DNA of 64,000 bases from Iphione sp. A-MEVVRFRX5. Taxonomy: Eukaryota. Numbering within the stretch: the stretch's first letter is position 1; the number at the start of each line of letters is the position of its first letter. Under the pieces are notes generated by a model that saw only the letters and a list, made by a program, of their open reading frames with translations, did no database searches and had not been told where the DNA came from. The position numbers were made by a program, and so were the translations under genes. The stretch is taken from positions 119,908,001 through 119,972,000 of the forward strand of contig OZ320314.1 of NCBI GenBank assembly GCA_976226885.1. Reading direction: 5' to 3'. This document shows positions 38,301-50,300 of the stretch, one piece after another.

Positions 38301-41300
38301 ACCGACTCGGAGGGGGCAGATGTGCTTCAGACTCAGGAGCTTGCGTATCCAGAAGGCATTGAGACAGCACAGACCTTGGATCCGGAGTGTCAAAGACTCC
38401 GGAAAGGGCCGAAATACATGAAGGTGGAGCAATTGTGGTACTATGTAAGCGAGCGTCCGGAAGCTTGCTTGCGGTTAGTAGTACCCAAGGTATACCGTAG
38501 TGCAGTGCTGGATCAGCAACACGATCAGATGGGGCATTTGGGAATCGATAAAACGTACGACCGAGTGCGAGCACTGTACTACTGGAAGAATTTATTTAAG
38601 GACGTCGTCGCTCATGTACGTGCTTGTGTAATATGTAACACACGTAATCTGAAGAGGCAATTAAGGCCACTTCAGGAGATGGAGAGTATTACCTTTCCAT
38701 TTCAGAAATTGGCGGTCGACACCTGTGGACCGTACCAGGAATCCGAAGCCGGGTACGTGTATTTGCTGACCCTTATTGACGTCTATTCCGGGTGGCCTGA
38801 GATGTTCCCCATGAAAAACAAACAGGCCCAGACGGTCGCGACAATTTTCCTGAATGAGGTGATCCCTCGACACGGATGTCCCGTAGTACTGTTATCCGAC
38901 AATGGGACGGAATTCGTGAATGAAATAGTGAAGGAGCTTTGTCGACAACTCGTGGTAGCCCGTATCACCACTAGTCCGTATCATCCTGCGGGAAACGGTA
39001 AGGTTGAGCGGATGCACCGAGTTTGGAATGACGTCGTGGCGAAATTGACCCAGGGGGACATGGCACATTGGGAGAAGGTTGTGCCCTCTGCTCTGTTGGC
39101 TCTGAGGATGAGTACTAACGAGTCAACTAAGTATACTCCCTTCTACCTCCTCCACGCGAGGGACCCAATATTGCCATTGGACACGTTGCTCCAGCCGCGC
39201 GTGAGATACTACGGGGAGGAGCATCATAAGCTCGCCTTACAGCGTCACCATCAGGCTATGACGGTGGTTCGTCGAAACGTCGCTGCAGCGCAACAACGCA
39301 TGAAACGATATCATGACCAGCGAGCCGCCGACGTGTCCTTTGAAGTGGGAGATCCTGTGTTTGTGCAGAACCCACTCCGTCGCCATAAGTTAGATGTACG
39401 GTGGCAACCTTATGGGCGAATCGTTGAGAAACTCACCCCAGTCAATTTCATTGTTAAGGATCAGGTAACGGGGAAGTTGTCGAAGGTCCATAGTGATCGC
39501 TTGCGGATGGCAAACCTGGACTGGCGGGTGCCAAAGCAACGGGATGGACGACCGCGGCGGCGTGTTGCATTAGCCGCTGATGGGGCAACCTCCGGTTCGG
39601 AAGGGGGCTCGTCCTCGCCATCGGATGGATCCGATGGGTTCTCTTCCGCTGATGAGATTCCCTTAGCCCAGTTGTTTGGGAGAGAACGGCAGCACGAACT
39701 TCGTGATCTGCAGAATGACCCTGATCTTCAACAGGAAGAAGGACAGGTCGAGGTGGAGGGCCCTGTCGGTGCTGACGTTAATCCACCTGATCAGGTGCAC
39801 GGACCTGATGTGGTTGAACCCGATCCGGCGGCCGAGGATCATGGTGAAGGGTTAGAAGTGTTGCGCGACCAGCAGGTCGCCCGTGCAGTAGAGCAGCACG
39901 AGGCTGGGAAGGAGGCCGTCGCCCCAGTCGACCCGCCTGCAGCTCCTCCTATGGACGCAGGAAATAGGGAAGAAGGTGCAGTGGGAGGTCGGGAGCCGAC
40001 TCCGCCGCGAGCACCTGAGACCGACGGTCAGCCAGCCGTGGGGCCGGAGGACCGTAGGCCACACCGATATCGCACAAGGGCAGCCGTAAAACGAGAGCAA
40101 ACGCTGCCGACCGAATTGCCACCAATGTATAAACGTCCACGTCAATTTTGGACACGAGGACCATGGTATAAGAGGGATAGGGCCGAGCCTGGAGAAGAAT
40201 CTCGTAACAAGAAAGCTAAACATTTAGAATTGTTAACTCATGAGCCTGTTGCACATTTAACTGAAGCCTTAAAAGATCTGCAGACTGTAACTTCCATTTT
40301 ACGTAATCTTGCAATGACAGGGAAGAGTGCGCCTGACATTTAATGAGACGCTCTTTCCTCTGTTGCAGGGTACGTATGGGTGATGATGGGATTGGTCCTT
40401 ATTCGGTTGGTCGCCAGTGGGACGCTTGAAAACATGATCTTCAAAAAACGGCTAGGCGTGAAGTCGGTCTTGTCGTCCTGGCAATTGGATTTGATCTCCG
40501 AATATGACCGCTACAAGCGAGTGGGGAGTGAGTTGGCTGATGAGCTCAACCGTACTCGGTACGGATTGCTGAAAACCACGTATAGTCTCATTCCCCCTTG
40601 GCAGATCTATGGCAGCCGGCCTCGTGAGGAACCAGTGGCGCGGCTGATTATGAAATCGCAATTAGATCGAGCGGCGATTTTACAAGCTCGAATCCAGCAG
40701 GGTATTGGACGAATTGACAATATAGCTAAGCTTGGCACGGAAGAACGCGCAAGACGCTTCCAGGAGGAACGCGTGGAGCGCCTGGATATATTCGGATACC
40801 GTAATCGATCCCGAGCGAAGCGTCGCCCGGCTGTGTTATTGGCCGCGGTAGGAGGTGTAGTATTGGTAGCCGGAACTGCTACTGGGTTTGGGGTTGTTGG
40901 AAACGAAATCCACGTGATCAAACAACGAGTTCATCAACTGGAAGCTCAACAATTAGAGACCTTAACCATTATGAAGGACATGATGACCGTAATTAATCAG
41001 ACGCGAGTGGACGCTCGGAGAAATCGTCAGCACATCAATGACGTGCTGAAGACATTGAAGGTAGTGGAAGTTGATCTGTGGCAAGCTATTCATGTTATGA
41101 GTAATATCACCACCCGAGAGATATGGCATATCCACGGTATTCTGAATGCAGAACGATTCTATTCACGATATGAATACCGTTTGGAGGCTTGGGAAACATC
41201 GATTGCGCGACTGGAGGCTCGTATTGACTATCTCTTAGGAGGCCGACTGACACCCGAGGTGTTGCCCGCCACCGAATTGCAAGGAATCTTACTGACTATC

Positions 41301-44300
41301 GAGCATCAGTTGCCAACCCAACTCAAACTCCCGTATCAGGTCTCGGACATGTGGAGCTATTACAGCGCTCTACCGGCCACTACTGTCATTTTCGAAGGGC
41401 GAATCATCACTTCGATCATGATTCCCCTAGTTGATCCTTTGGCGTCTTATACTATCTACGAGGCAGTGAATATTCCTGTCCCTATGGCCGATGGACGAGC
41501 CATCAAGTTTGACTTAGAGTTTAAGTATTTCGGTATTACCCATGACAGGCGACGTTATGCCATCGTTACCCCAGAAGAACTCATTCACTGTCGGTTGCAG
41601 GAAGACTCCTGTTTGGTATCATCTCCGGTATATGAGTTAAACTTACACTCCTATTGCGTTCTGGCCATTTATCGACAAGAGGTCAAGAGGGTGCCTACGT
41701 TGTGCACGCGGAGCATTCTAACTGGGCTTACTATGCCACAAGCCAAGTATTTAGATCAAGGAAGTTGGGTAGTGACTACACCTGTCACCCTGTCGATGCG
41801 TATCCAGTGTGTTAACGGTAGCACTTATCGTCATAATGTGCCGGCCCTGTTCGCTTTAGTTAAGCTACCCAATGGCTGTGGAGCCATGGGAGATGATATG
41901 TCATTGCCAACATATTATTATCAGCGTAATGAGTACGAGGTCGAGCGGGATCCTATTGAACTTCCCGCCAAACTCTTGGTTACTGAGTTATTGGTATGGG
42001 TTCCGGAGCTCCCTCCAGCTCCGAACCATTCCGGTTCTCTGCAGCCCCTGCCGGATTTTTCAGAAACGGATATTGAAGGTATTGTCCAGCGTATCAATGC
42101 GCTTCATGATAAGGTCGCTCGAAATCCCTTGATGCCGGGTACCTCACCTCTCTCAACAGTGATGTGGGTCATTGGGGGGTTGAGCTCTGCCCTGACACTA
42201 TGTGGTTGTTGCTATTGCTGTTTTTGCAGCAAGGGACGTTGGAGACGGTTTTTAGCCACCCGAAGGTCCGATAGCCCTAGTCCGGTTCAGACACGGCGTC
42301 CCAGGGATCTTCCCCTATCACCATTAATCTGGGAGGTGGTTCCAATTCTCCAACCCATTCATCGGCGAGCGCCGGAGAAACCCTGTCCCTGCGAGCCCTG
42401 CCTTCCCCAAGTGCACCCGAGCCTGCCCGTATCGTGCCCGAGTGTGCCATGAAATTCAAACAAGGTCCTAAGGAATTTGAGATCTATCGTCCTACTAATT
42501 CAAAGACCCCCACGGAATTGTATGCTCCTAATGAGCGCCCCTTCTCTGTGTTCCGTTAGGAATCGAGTTGATAGTCACAGTCTTGGCAGAAGAGAAAGAA
42601 ACTCTTGCTCAAACCTGTGAATTTGTGTGTATTCATGAATACTATGTATCTGTCCAATAAAAGTGTCAATGTGTATGTACCTGCAGGAATTATATTCAAC
42701 TCTGTATTGCAATGTCCAATGTGAGAAATTACTGCTTGTGTAATCATTGTTCAGTTAAGCACAAGGGTTTGGACACGGGTACCCCAATATTCTTGTATAT
42801 AATGTTAAGATCGGTGTTAACCAGCATCCAGGGTGTGAAATATATAGGACATTATGCTGTACATATTCGTTCCCAGAAAGTGTCACTCATGGTGTTGGCC
42901 GTTATGAGGTTGCCTTTCAACAAGAGGTGCTTGCTTGGAAGGACACCTCATAAAAATTGGAAGATTATGAAATCATTCCTTTCTTCCTCTTCCCTTTTGG
43001 CAGCTTTCATGTCATTTGTGGCCACAGCAATAGACTCTGAAGCTCGTCCTTTTCCACATCCTGGGAGGCCAGAAGGTCAGGTTGGAGAGTGAAAATTCTC
43101 CAGTTTGATTGCCGTCCTAGGAGCTCGAGAGAGTAGGTGCTCTCTGGGCTGGGATGATCCGTGACAGTAGGACCACAACAGTCCGTAAGCCACATTGCCG
43201 ACATAATAATTGTTGGAGAGTCAAGGCTTAGGCTGTTGTCGGTGTGTCTTAATTGCTGAGTTCGCGAAAAGCCGGTCTTAATGGGTGCTGTATAGTTAGC
43301 TTTTTGAAACGGGAGTGGGAAAATTTTGATGATGTCCCTTAAACCTCTTGATGTATAGGTCCTTCTTGCCGATGGGGTAGATTTCTCCATCGGGTTGATG
43401 GGTTTGACCGTCCTCTTCATCCCTCTTCTCAGTCTCGTTAACCACAGTGATATATTTCAATGTGCCACTGATTGGTTTTCTATCCTCATCTTCTGTGAAA
43501 GTAACCAGGCTCTCATGTGAGGGTTATCCAGCCACGTCTCTATCGTCTCTGTGTAAGAGGCGCTGCCTGCTACCTGGTAGTACCACTCGTGGTTGGTGGG
43601 TGCGTGTCATTCCTGTTGAACTTGTCATACTAAACATGTTTGTTGAATCAGTTTCCTGTATCTTTAACCATAATGCGAGCCAGGTATTTTAAAGTGGACA
43701 TCTGGATCTTGTTGATGTCCATCGCCAGGTGTCGTAACAACAATGCTGTGCATTGTTTCCTAAGGAGGGGAGGGATGTAACACAGTAGAGGTTGACGGTT
43801 ATTATGATGGGACTGAATGGGAAAAGGGAAAACAGTAGTTATGATAGGGATACGAGACTGCTGTATGTATAGTGTACAGATATACGTAATTGTAAGTAGG
43901 GCCACTTGTGGAGCCATGTCGCTTTGGCTAAAAAATTTTCGTGTAAATAGGATGTGATCTTTCGTGAGCTCCGCAGTTCTTCGTAATCAGCAGTAACGGT
44001 AATAGGACCTTACGGTCATTCAGAGACTCCTTGTTTCGCACTGCGCAAAACAAGATAAGAGATATTTGGTACCAAGCGCTACCCTGGAAACGAGGTGTTA
44101 GTGACGTCAATCCGGTAGAATAATTAACGACTCATTGTATCTGAATGTAAGTTGGACATCTGACGAACGGCATCTTCTGGTCCATTTGAGTATATAAGAT
44201 TAGCAGTCCGAGTAGTTGGTCAGACTCGCCCCGGTTGCTGTACATCGTTGATGCTGTGTTGCTGAACCTTGAAGAATAAAGGCTGAATCGAACCTGACTT

Positions 44301-47300
44301 GCGGTGTTGCAATTTGTGCTACAATATGATCAATTTAATGTACTTAGTTCTTTTTGTTCTCTCAAAACCACTTTTTATTCCTTCCTTATTTCCATGTGGA
44401 AAAATTCTAATTGACACTTATCTACCATTTTGGTTTTCATAAAACTGAATGAAAAAATGACTTGTAGCTAACTTATGGAAAATCAGGAATTTGTCATGAT
44501 CTCTCCTCTGCACCTTTTGGTGATAAACTCACAAAAATATAAACGTTTCACTGCCCATCATGTTAGAACATTCCTAAGAATAAAACAGTGTAGGGAAAAT
44601 ATGCAAACAACAAGAGACAGGCATAACAATCTTTCATAAAGATTATTCATAGTTCACTGATTGCTGAAGCTAAGGAATGTGGGAGTATGTTCCTCCTATT
44701 ATTTCATTAATTTTAAGTGCTTAATCCTACTAACAAATTATCTGTCTTTCTAGTAACCCAGCTGACCTTGATTTCGGTGCCAATTGAGGATTTTTTCGTT
44801 TTTTTGTAATTATATTAGCAGTGAGTAAGGATCAAGACTTGCATTTCATGCCATAGTATTCCCCACACTTTTACCTTTGGTTTGGTATAAGCTTTATTAA
44901 GATATAAGTAGTGCAACTGAAATGGCCATATGTTTTATTTATAGGACATGTTACTGGAAACTGGATGTTTTTATGTCTTAGGGAGTGGAAAATTTGCAGT
45001 ATACGTGTACATGTATATCTTATTAGGACTTTCATTGCCAAGATTCATACCTAAAGCTTTATGATGATTATTTTTTCTGAGTGTTTTGAAATTCTCTATT
45101 GTATTGGGGACATGGCTAGATCCTTTCCCTTTAAAATGCTACCGAGTTCTGTGGAGCCTAAGGTTTGTTTATTCCTGAAGTCAGTGTGTCTGGGGTACCT
45201 ATTGGTCAGTTCAGTTTGACCAATGGGAGTCCTTGGGACTCCAGGTGGTGGTGGGCCCCCCAAAAAAGGGGTGGGGTGGATCAATTTACACCAAAAGAGA
45301 GGCCCCAGACTCATGTGCTAGTGCTATGCATAACTTCAGGATGGCACAGAGGGTTATCCCGGTTTCGACTGCTGTCTCATCAGGCATATATGGTGGGAGT
45401 GTATGTGCAGATTACTGGGAGTAGAAAAAAAATTTTTTTGTTGAAATTCTCTATATAACTACTTTATCATCATGAGGTTCTAATGAAGCCTACATTGTAT
45501 ACATATATGCCAATAAGTGGTCATCAAATACTTAATATTATGTTCTCATGTTTCCAGTGCCAATGATTACTTCAATCCGGATCATATGAATGGTTTATAC
45601 AGTCGAATCTTTGCTGATGGTACTGTCATGTGGTTTTTTTCTGGAGAGTATACCGTCAGTTGCCCCATGGACACCACCAACTTTCCTTTTGATATCCAGA
45701 CTTGCTATGTACAAGTTTCCAGCTGGAGTATGAACCGGAACAGGTTAATAATGTACACGTGGGTAAGAACTTTTATTTTTCCTTGAAAACCCTAAAAAGA
45801 TTAATACTGCCTCTAGGCACTCCTACACTAAAGTCTGATGATATCTGAAGACTCCTAACTCCTGAAAAGGGCAAGTGATCCCTGAAGGCATCATGGAACA
45901 ACAGTAGGTTTTAAATGGGTTTATTGATTTTTTTTTGCCTTCCTATGAAAAGGAAACATGCAAAACCATTACAATGGTCTCGTTTTTCCTAACCCATGGC
46001 AGAGATCCATACCATTTTAGATATTGTGTGTCTTTAAAACAGTTTCTTAGTTAAAGACCTTTGCCCTTTAGGAGTATATATACTTTTGGCAGGGGACATT
46101 TAGAGTCAAATAGAGAATTAGATAGAGGGCTGAATGTGGATTTAACAGAGGCTGAGGGTGGAGGGAATTTATTCTCAGAGGGATTCTGTTCTTGGAGGGG
46201 TTGCTGTTGACGTAGGGGTTTTTGTGCTGTTTGTTATGTGCATCTGTGTGTCTTTGTGGAGTGCCCACCAGTTGCCAACTATACCTGTGTTCTGTAATAA
46301 ATGTTTCATCTTGAACTCGACCTGGTCTGGATTCCTCATTCATATCAGCCGTGAGATTCAGCAGTAGGGTGGACAGCCAGCTATTCCAGCTCCCCTGGCC
46401 ATCAAGCAACCAGGGCTGGAAGTCCCAGCTACATAAGAAGTGTCAAGTCAGAGGATTAGCAGGAATGGCAGATGAGTACAGGAAAGGATTACCCCTGCAG
46501 GGCAGCATGAGTCGGAGTGGGGAGGTGAGGGGTGGGGGGCTGACCCCCACCCCCAGGACAGCCACTTGAGCCAAGGGCTGAGGAAGCACCCTGCATGGGG
46601 GAGCCCCAGGAGGTGGGGGACCCTGCGGACACATTTACATCAGTGGATGGGACTGTTGACATTAGTCAATCAGGAAATTGAGAAGGATGATACGCCAGCA
46701 GAGGATATTGAGACTCCCATGGAGAGGATGGCCACTCCTAAAGTAGGTAGGTGTCCATCAGTTAAACCTGAGCCCTTTGGTGGTACCCAGGGCCTGAGGG
46801 ATTGCCTCCACCACTTCCACTTGATAGTGATGCCCAATAACTAGAGTGAAAAGGAGAAGTCTGTGAAACTGGGGTTGTGTCTGAGGGGACACATGAGGAC
46901 CACTATGAGAAATGCACAGATGGCCTACCAGGAATTCATCAAGGCATTAGCAGACTGTTTCAATCTCCAGATCAGATTGTCCTATTGAAGCAACTCCAAA
47001 CGTACAGGCAGAGGACAGGAGAGGATCTGCCTCAGCTAGCAGATGAGATAGTGCGACTGGTGTAAAGGGCCTATCCTAGCATAAAAGGGTGGTGGGCAGA
47101 TGACCTCTGCCAGGAGAGGTTCATTCAGGCCATGTGTTACGTTGATGAGGCCATGAGGTCAACCTCTAGCCCTTGGCTAGTGGGATTTCCCCTCTAGCTC
47201 TGATGGTTAGGTGTTGACCTCTCATGCTAAAGGTCTGGGGTTCAGTTCCCTGTTGGTGCTCGCTCTCCAAGACAGGAAAAGTCTTGTTAAACTAAAAAAT

Positions 47301-50300
47301 GCAGGAGAGAGTAATGAAGTAGATTATGCAGAGGTGCATGAATGGGTTCTGGGGCATGGTGTCAGAGGCAGCATTCATGGAGGCTTACTACAAAGGTTGG
47401 GATGAATGGAACACCATAGGGCAAGAAGGCGGAGGGACCTGGACCAGCTGTCATATGGCGGTCCACTGACCTTGTGGGGACAATGGACCCTTGGATGAGA
47501 AGGCTGACCCTGGATGGAAAGACTGATGGGTTGAAGGTCACCTGGCTGGTGGATACAGGGGGCCTCCTTAACCATTCTGGTCACTCTCCCCGCATCCAGC
47601 AAGGAAGAAGAATGATTTGCTCACTATGAAGTTTACGTTGGGTACGTTCGTATGTAGTTTTTCAATCAATTTGTCTAATTCTTCTTCGATAATGTCACCA
47701 TATGATGAGAGTAGACTTGGTTATAGTGGGTGGTTGTACACATATTTCTCTTCCAAATTGCTCATGAGCAGGTTCGCATATGAGGGAGCTACTCTTGTGA
47801 CCATGGCTGTTTTGCTATCTGAATGTACTCTCTGCCATTGATAATTCTGTTTCTCTGCTGCTGGGTGTAGGAACTGATCTACATAGGCTGAAAAATTTTT
47901 GGTGCAGCAGCCATTTGCAGATATAACTGGTCTGCTGTCTGGTGACCTCTGCGTCTTATGTACACGTACATGGTAAAAGATATAGTTCTAGGGTCCTAGA
48001 TGTTTTTTTAAATAAGAAGCCCTCAGATTGAATGAGTCATCTATGATTATTTCAGCATCATTATGCTAACAACAGAACATCACTAAGATATGCAGAATAA
48101 GTCAATTATGTTCTTCATGATACATTATATTGTATCAGGCCCGTAGCCAAGAAGTTTTTTGCGGGTATCAGATGATACCCCAAGTACCCCAGTGGTGGAA
48201 CATCAGACAACCATCTCTATGTATGGCTATAGGCTTAAACTCTTGTGAGGGGTATTGGACGATACCCCGAATACCCCCCTGGCTGCGGGCCTATGTATGT
48301 CTCACGTTTTGCTAAGCCATGGGATATCACATATCCCACACTTGAAGTGTGTCTTTCTCTCTCACCTTCTTGCTCTTGCTTTCTCCTTCCATTTTCCTTT
48401 CAGCACATTTCTCCATCTCTTTCTTGCTCATTTCAGTCCCTTAAGTTACTGCTCTTCTGCACACAGAGCATCCTATAATTTATAAGTTTTAAGTTGAATT
48501 ACCATTCATAATACTGCAGTGGGAACAAAATTCAATTTACTATTACTACATAGCTAAAAATATAAATTTGATTTCTCATGGATTTTTTTATTCCTCTTAT
48601 TCTTCATTTTTTCCAATTGATTTTTTTCTGATTGTCTCATGTCTCATGAGTTATTTCACAGTCAGAGAAGAATAGTTCTTTTTGATATTTTCTCAAAAAC
48701 ATAACAGATCAGGAAATATAATTAGTATTTGCCTGTCCCTTCTGCTTCAGATGTATCAAGTCATTACAAATATTCTGTTTGTTTGGAAAGGTTACAGGTA
48801 CTCTCAACTTTGAACTTTATGTACCAAATGGTCAATGGGAAATCAAAAATTCATCGGCAGCAGTACAAACATTTGAACCAAGAAGTATCCCTGGCCAGCA
48901 GTTTGATTCAGTCGTCTTTACTTTGGTCATGAAGAGGAAACACACCTTCCACCTCCTCAATACAATTGTCCCAATGGTGCTGGTAGGGCAATGCTACATT
49001 AATCCAGTCTATGACATAGATATTTACCAATGAAATTGACTGATCTATTTACATGGCAAGTATTCCTAGAGATATGAAACAATGACATAGTCCACCTATG
49101 GCAATGTTTACATCTTTATAAAATGTTTAATAATTGAAAAGACATCATACACATTATGACATAAGGTGGCGATCAGTCAATCAGTGTTGGTTTAGATATC
49201 CTAGACATAGACAGAAATATATAAGGGCCAGTGTTATTTGGTCAATAAGAATATGAAATATTGTTTGATTGGATTCAAAATTAATCCATTAATCTGCATC
49301 TGCATATACTTGTATACATTAATCACCATTTTCTAATTGCCAAGTATTGAATAATAATAAAAAATACTTGTGCAGAATTAGATATTTAGATGTAGATACC
49401 TGAATATTTTAAACCATTATTATCTATTGCCATATGGGTGAGGCATCTACATGTTGAAGCATGCTTTTTGTTTTACCAACAGACAATCGTCTTGGTTCCT
49501 ACCCTGTTCCTGTTACCTGCTGATTCAGGAGAAAAACTGGGACTTGGAGTAACTATTCTCCTGGCCTTATCTGTTTTCCTTATTACACTATCAGAAACCA
49601 CCCCTAAAAGTTCTGACTACGTCCCACTCCTCAGTAAGTCATGAGAAAAAGGTACATCATGTAATTGTCTGATACATTCAGCTAGAATTTGTATGATAAT
49701 GGAAGATTTGCATAAATAACAAAACTACAAATTTGTTTAAGCAGATACATATGTATGATATTGCATACATGTATGCATACACCTGTCTAACTGAAACCCA
49801 TTTCTCAATATGGTTGATTAAACCTAAAAATATTCTCATCAGCCATATTGTTACAGTACATGCCTGAATCAACAAATACATGTTTTACACTTTACTTACA
49901 GCCATATTTGTGACCTTCCAAATGTCTGTTACGGCAATATCTGTCATAGCAACGACCCTTATCTTACGCATGCATTTCAATACATCTCCAAAACGGCCTG
50001 CCCGTTGGTTGAGGATGCTTATTCTGCGTTATTTTGCCATCGGTCTGTGCATGGGTGATCAGAGGAAAGAGGTACTCATAACTTGAATATTATACAATAA
50101 AAAGCCATTAATAGGGAAACGCTCTGTTGTCTTTCCCTAGCTAAGATTAGACTCCATTAGGCCTGAAAAATATCTGTATTTCTGATAATGGGCTGAAAAA
50201 ATATTGGATAGGTTTTTTTCCCCTGTTAATGATATCTAAAGTTAACTATTGTGTGATTAAATCTGGTAAATACCACTTTTAATGCTTTGATCTTAATGAT

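Larger units (their letters stand above)
33446..44323 (+). mobile_element. Env-bearing Ty3/gypsy LTR retrotransposon (endogenous retrovirus-like), 10,878 bp
   Basis: TGT...ACA LTRs, ATAT TSD (33442-33445, 44324-44327), PBS, PPT, gag, pol in PR-RT-RH-INT order, env. Confidence 0.96.

Noticed and set aside
34144-40921. Numerous minus-strand ORFs inside the retroelement
   Set aside because: Shadows of GC-rich gag, pol and env coding sequence; no motifs.
43047-43070. Antisense GLPGCGKG, Walker A-like
   Set aside because: Lacks the S/T after K, is preceded by an in-frame stop, and no Walker B follows.
43296-43390. PC4/Sub1-like look of EIYPIGKKDLYIKRFKG
   Set aside because: Similarity continues only with an assumed frameshift; too weak to call without a profile search.
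43678-43695. Antisense TLKYLA resembling the HIV Vif BC-box SLQYLA
   Set aside because: The frame stops 8 codons later and has further stops downstream; a six-residue match is expected by chance.
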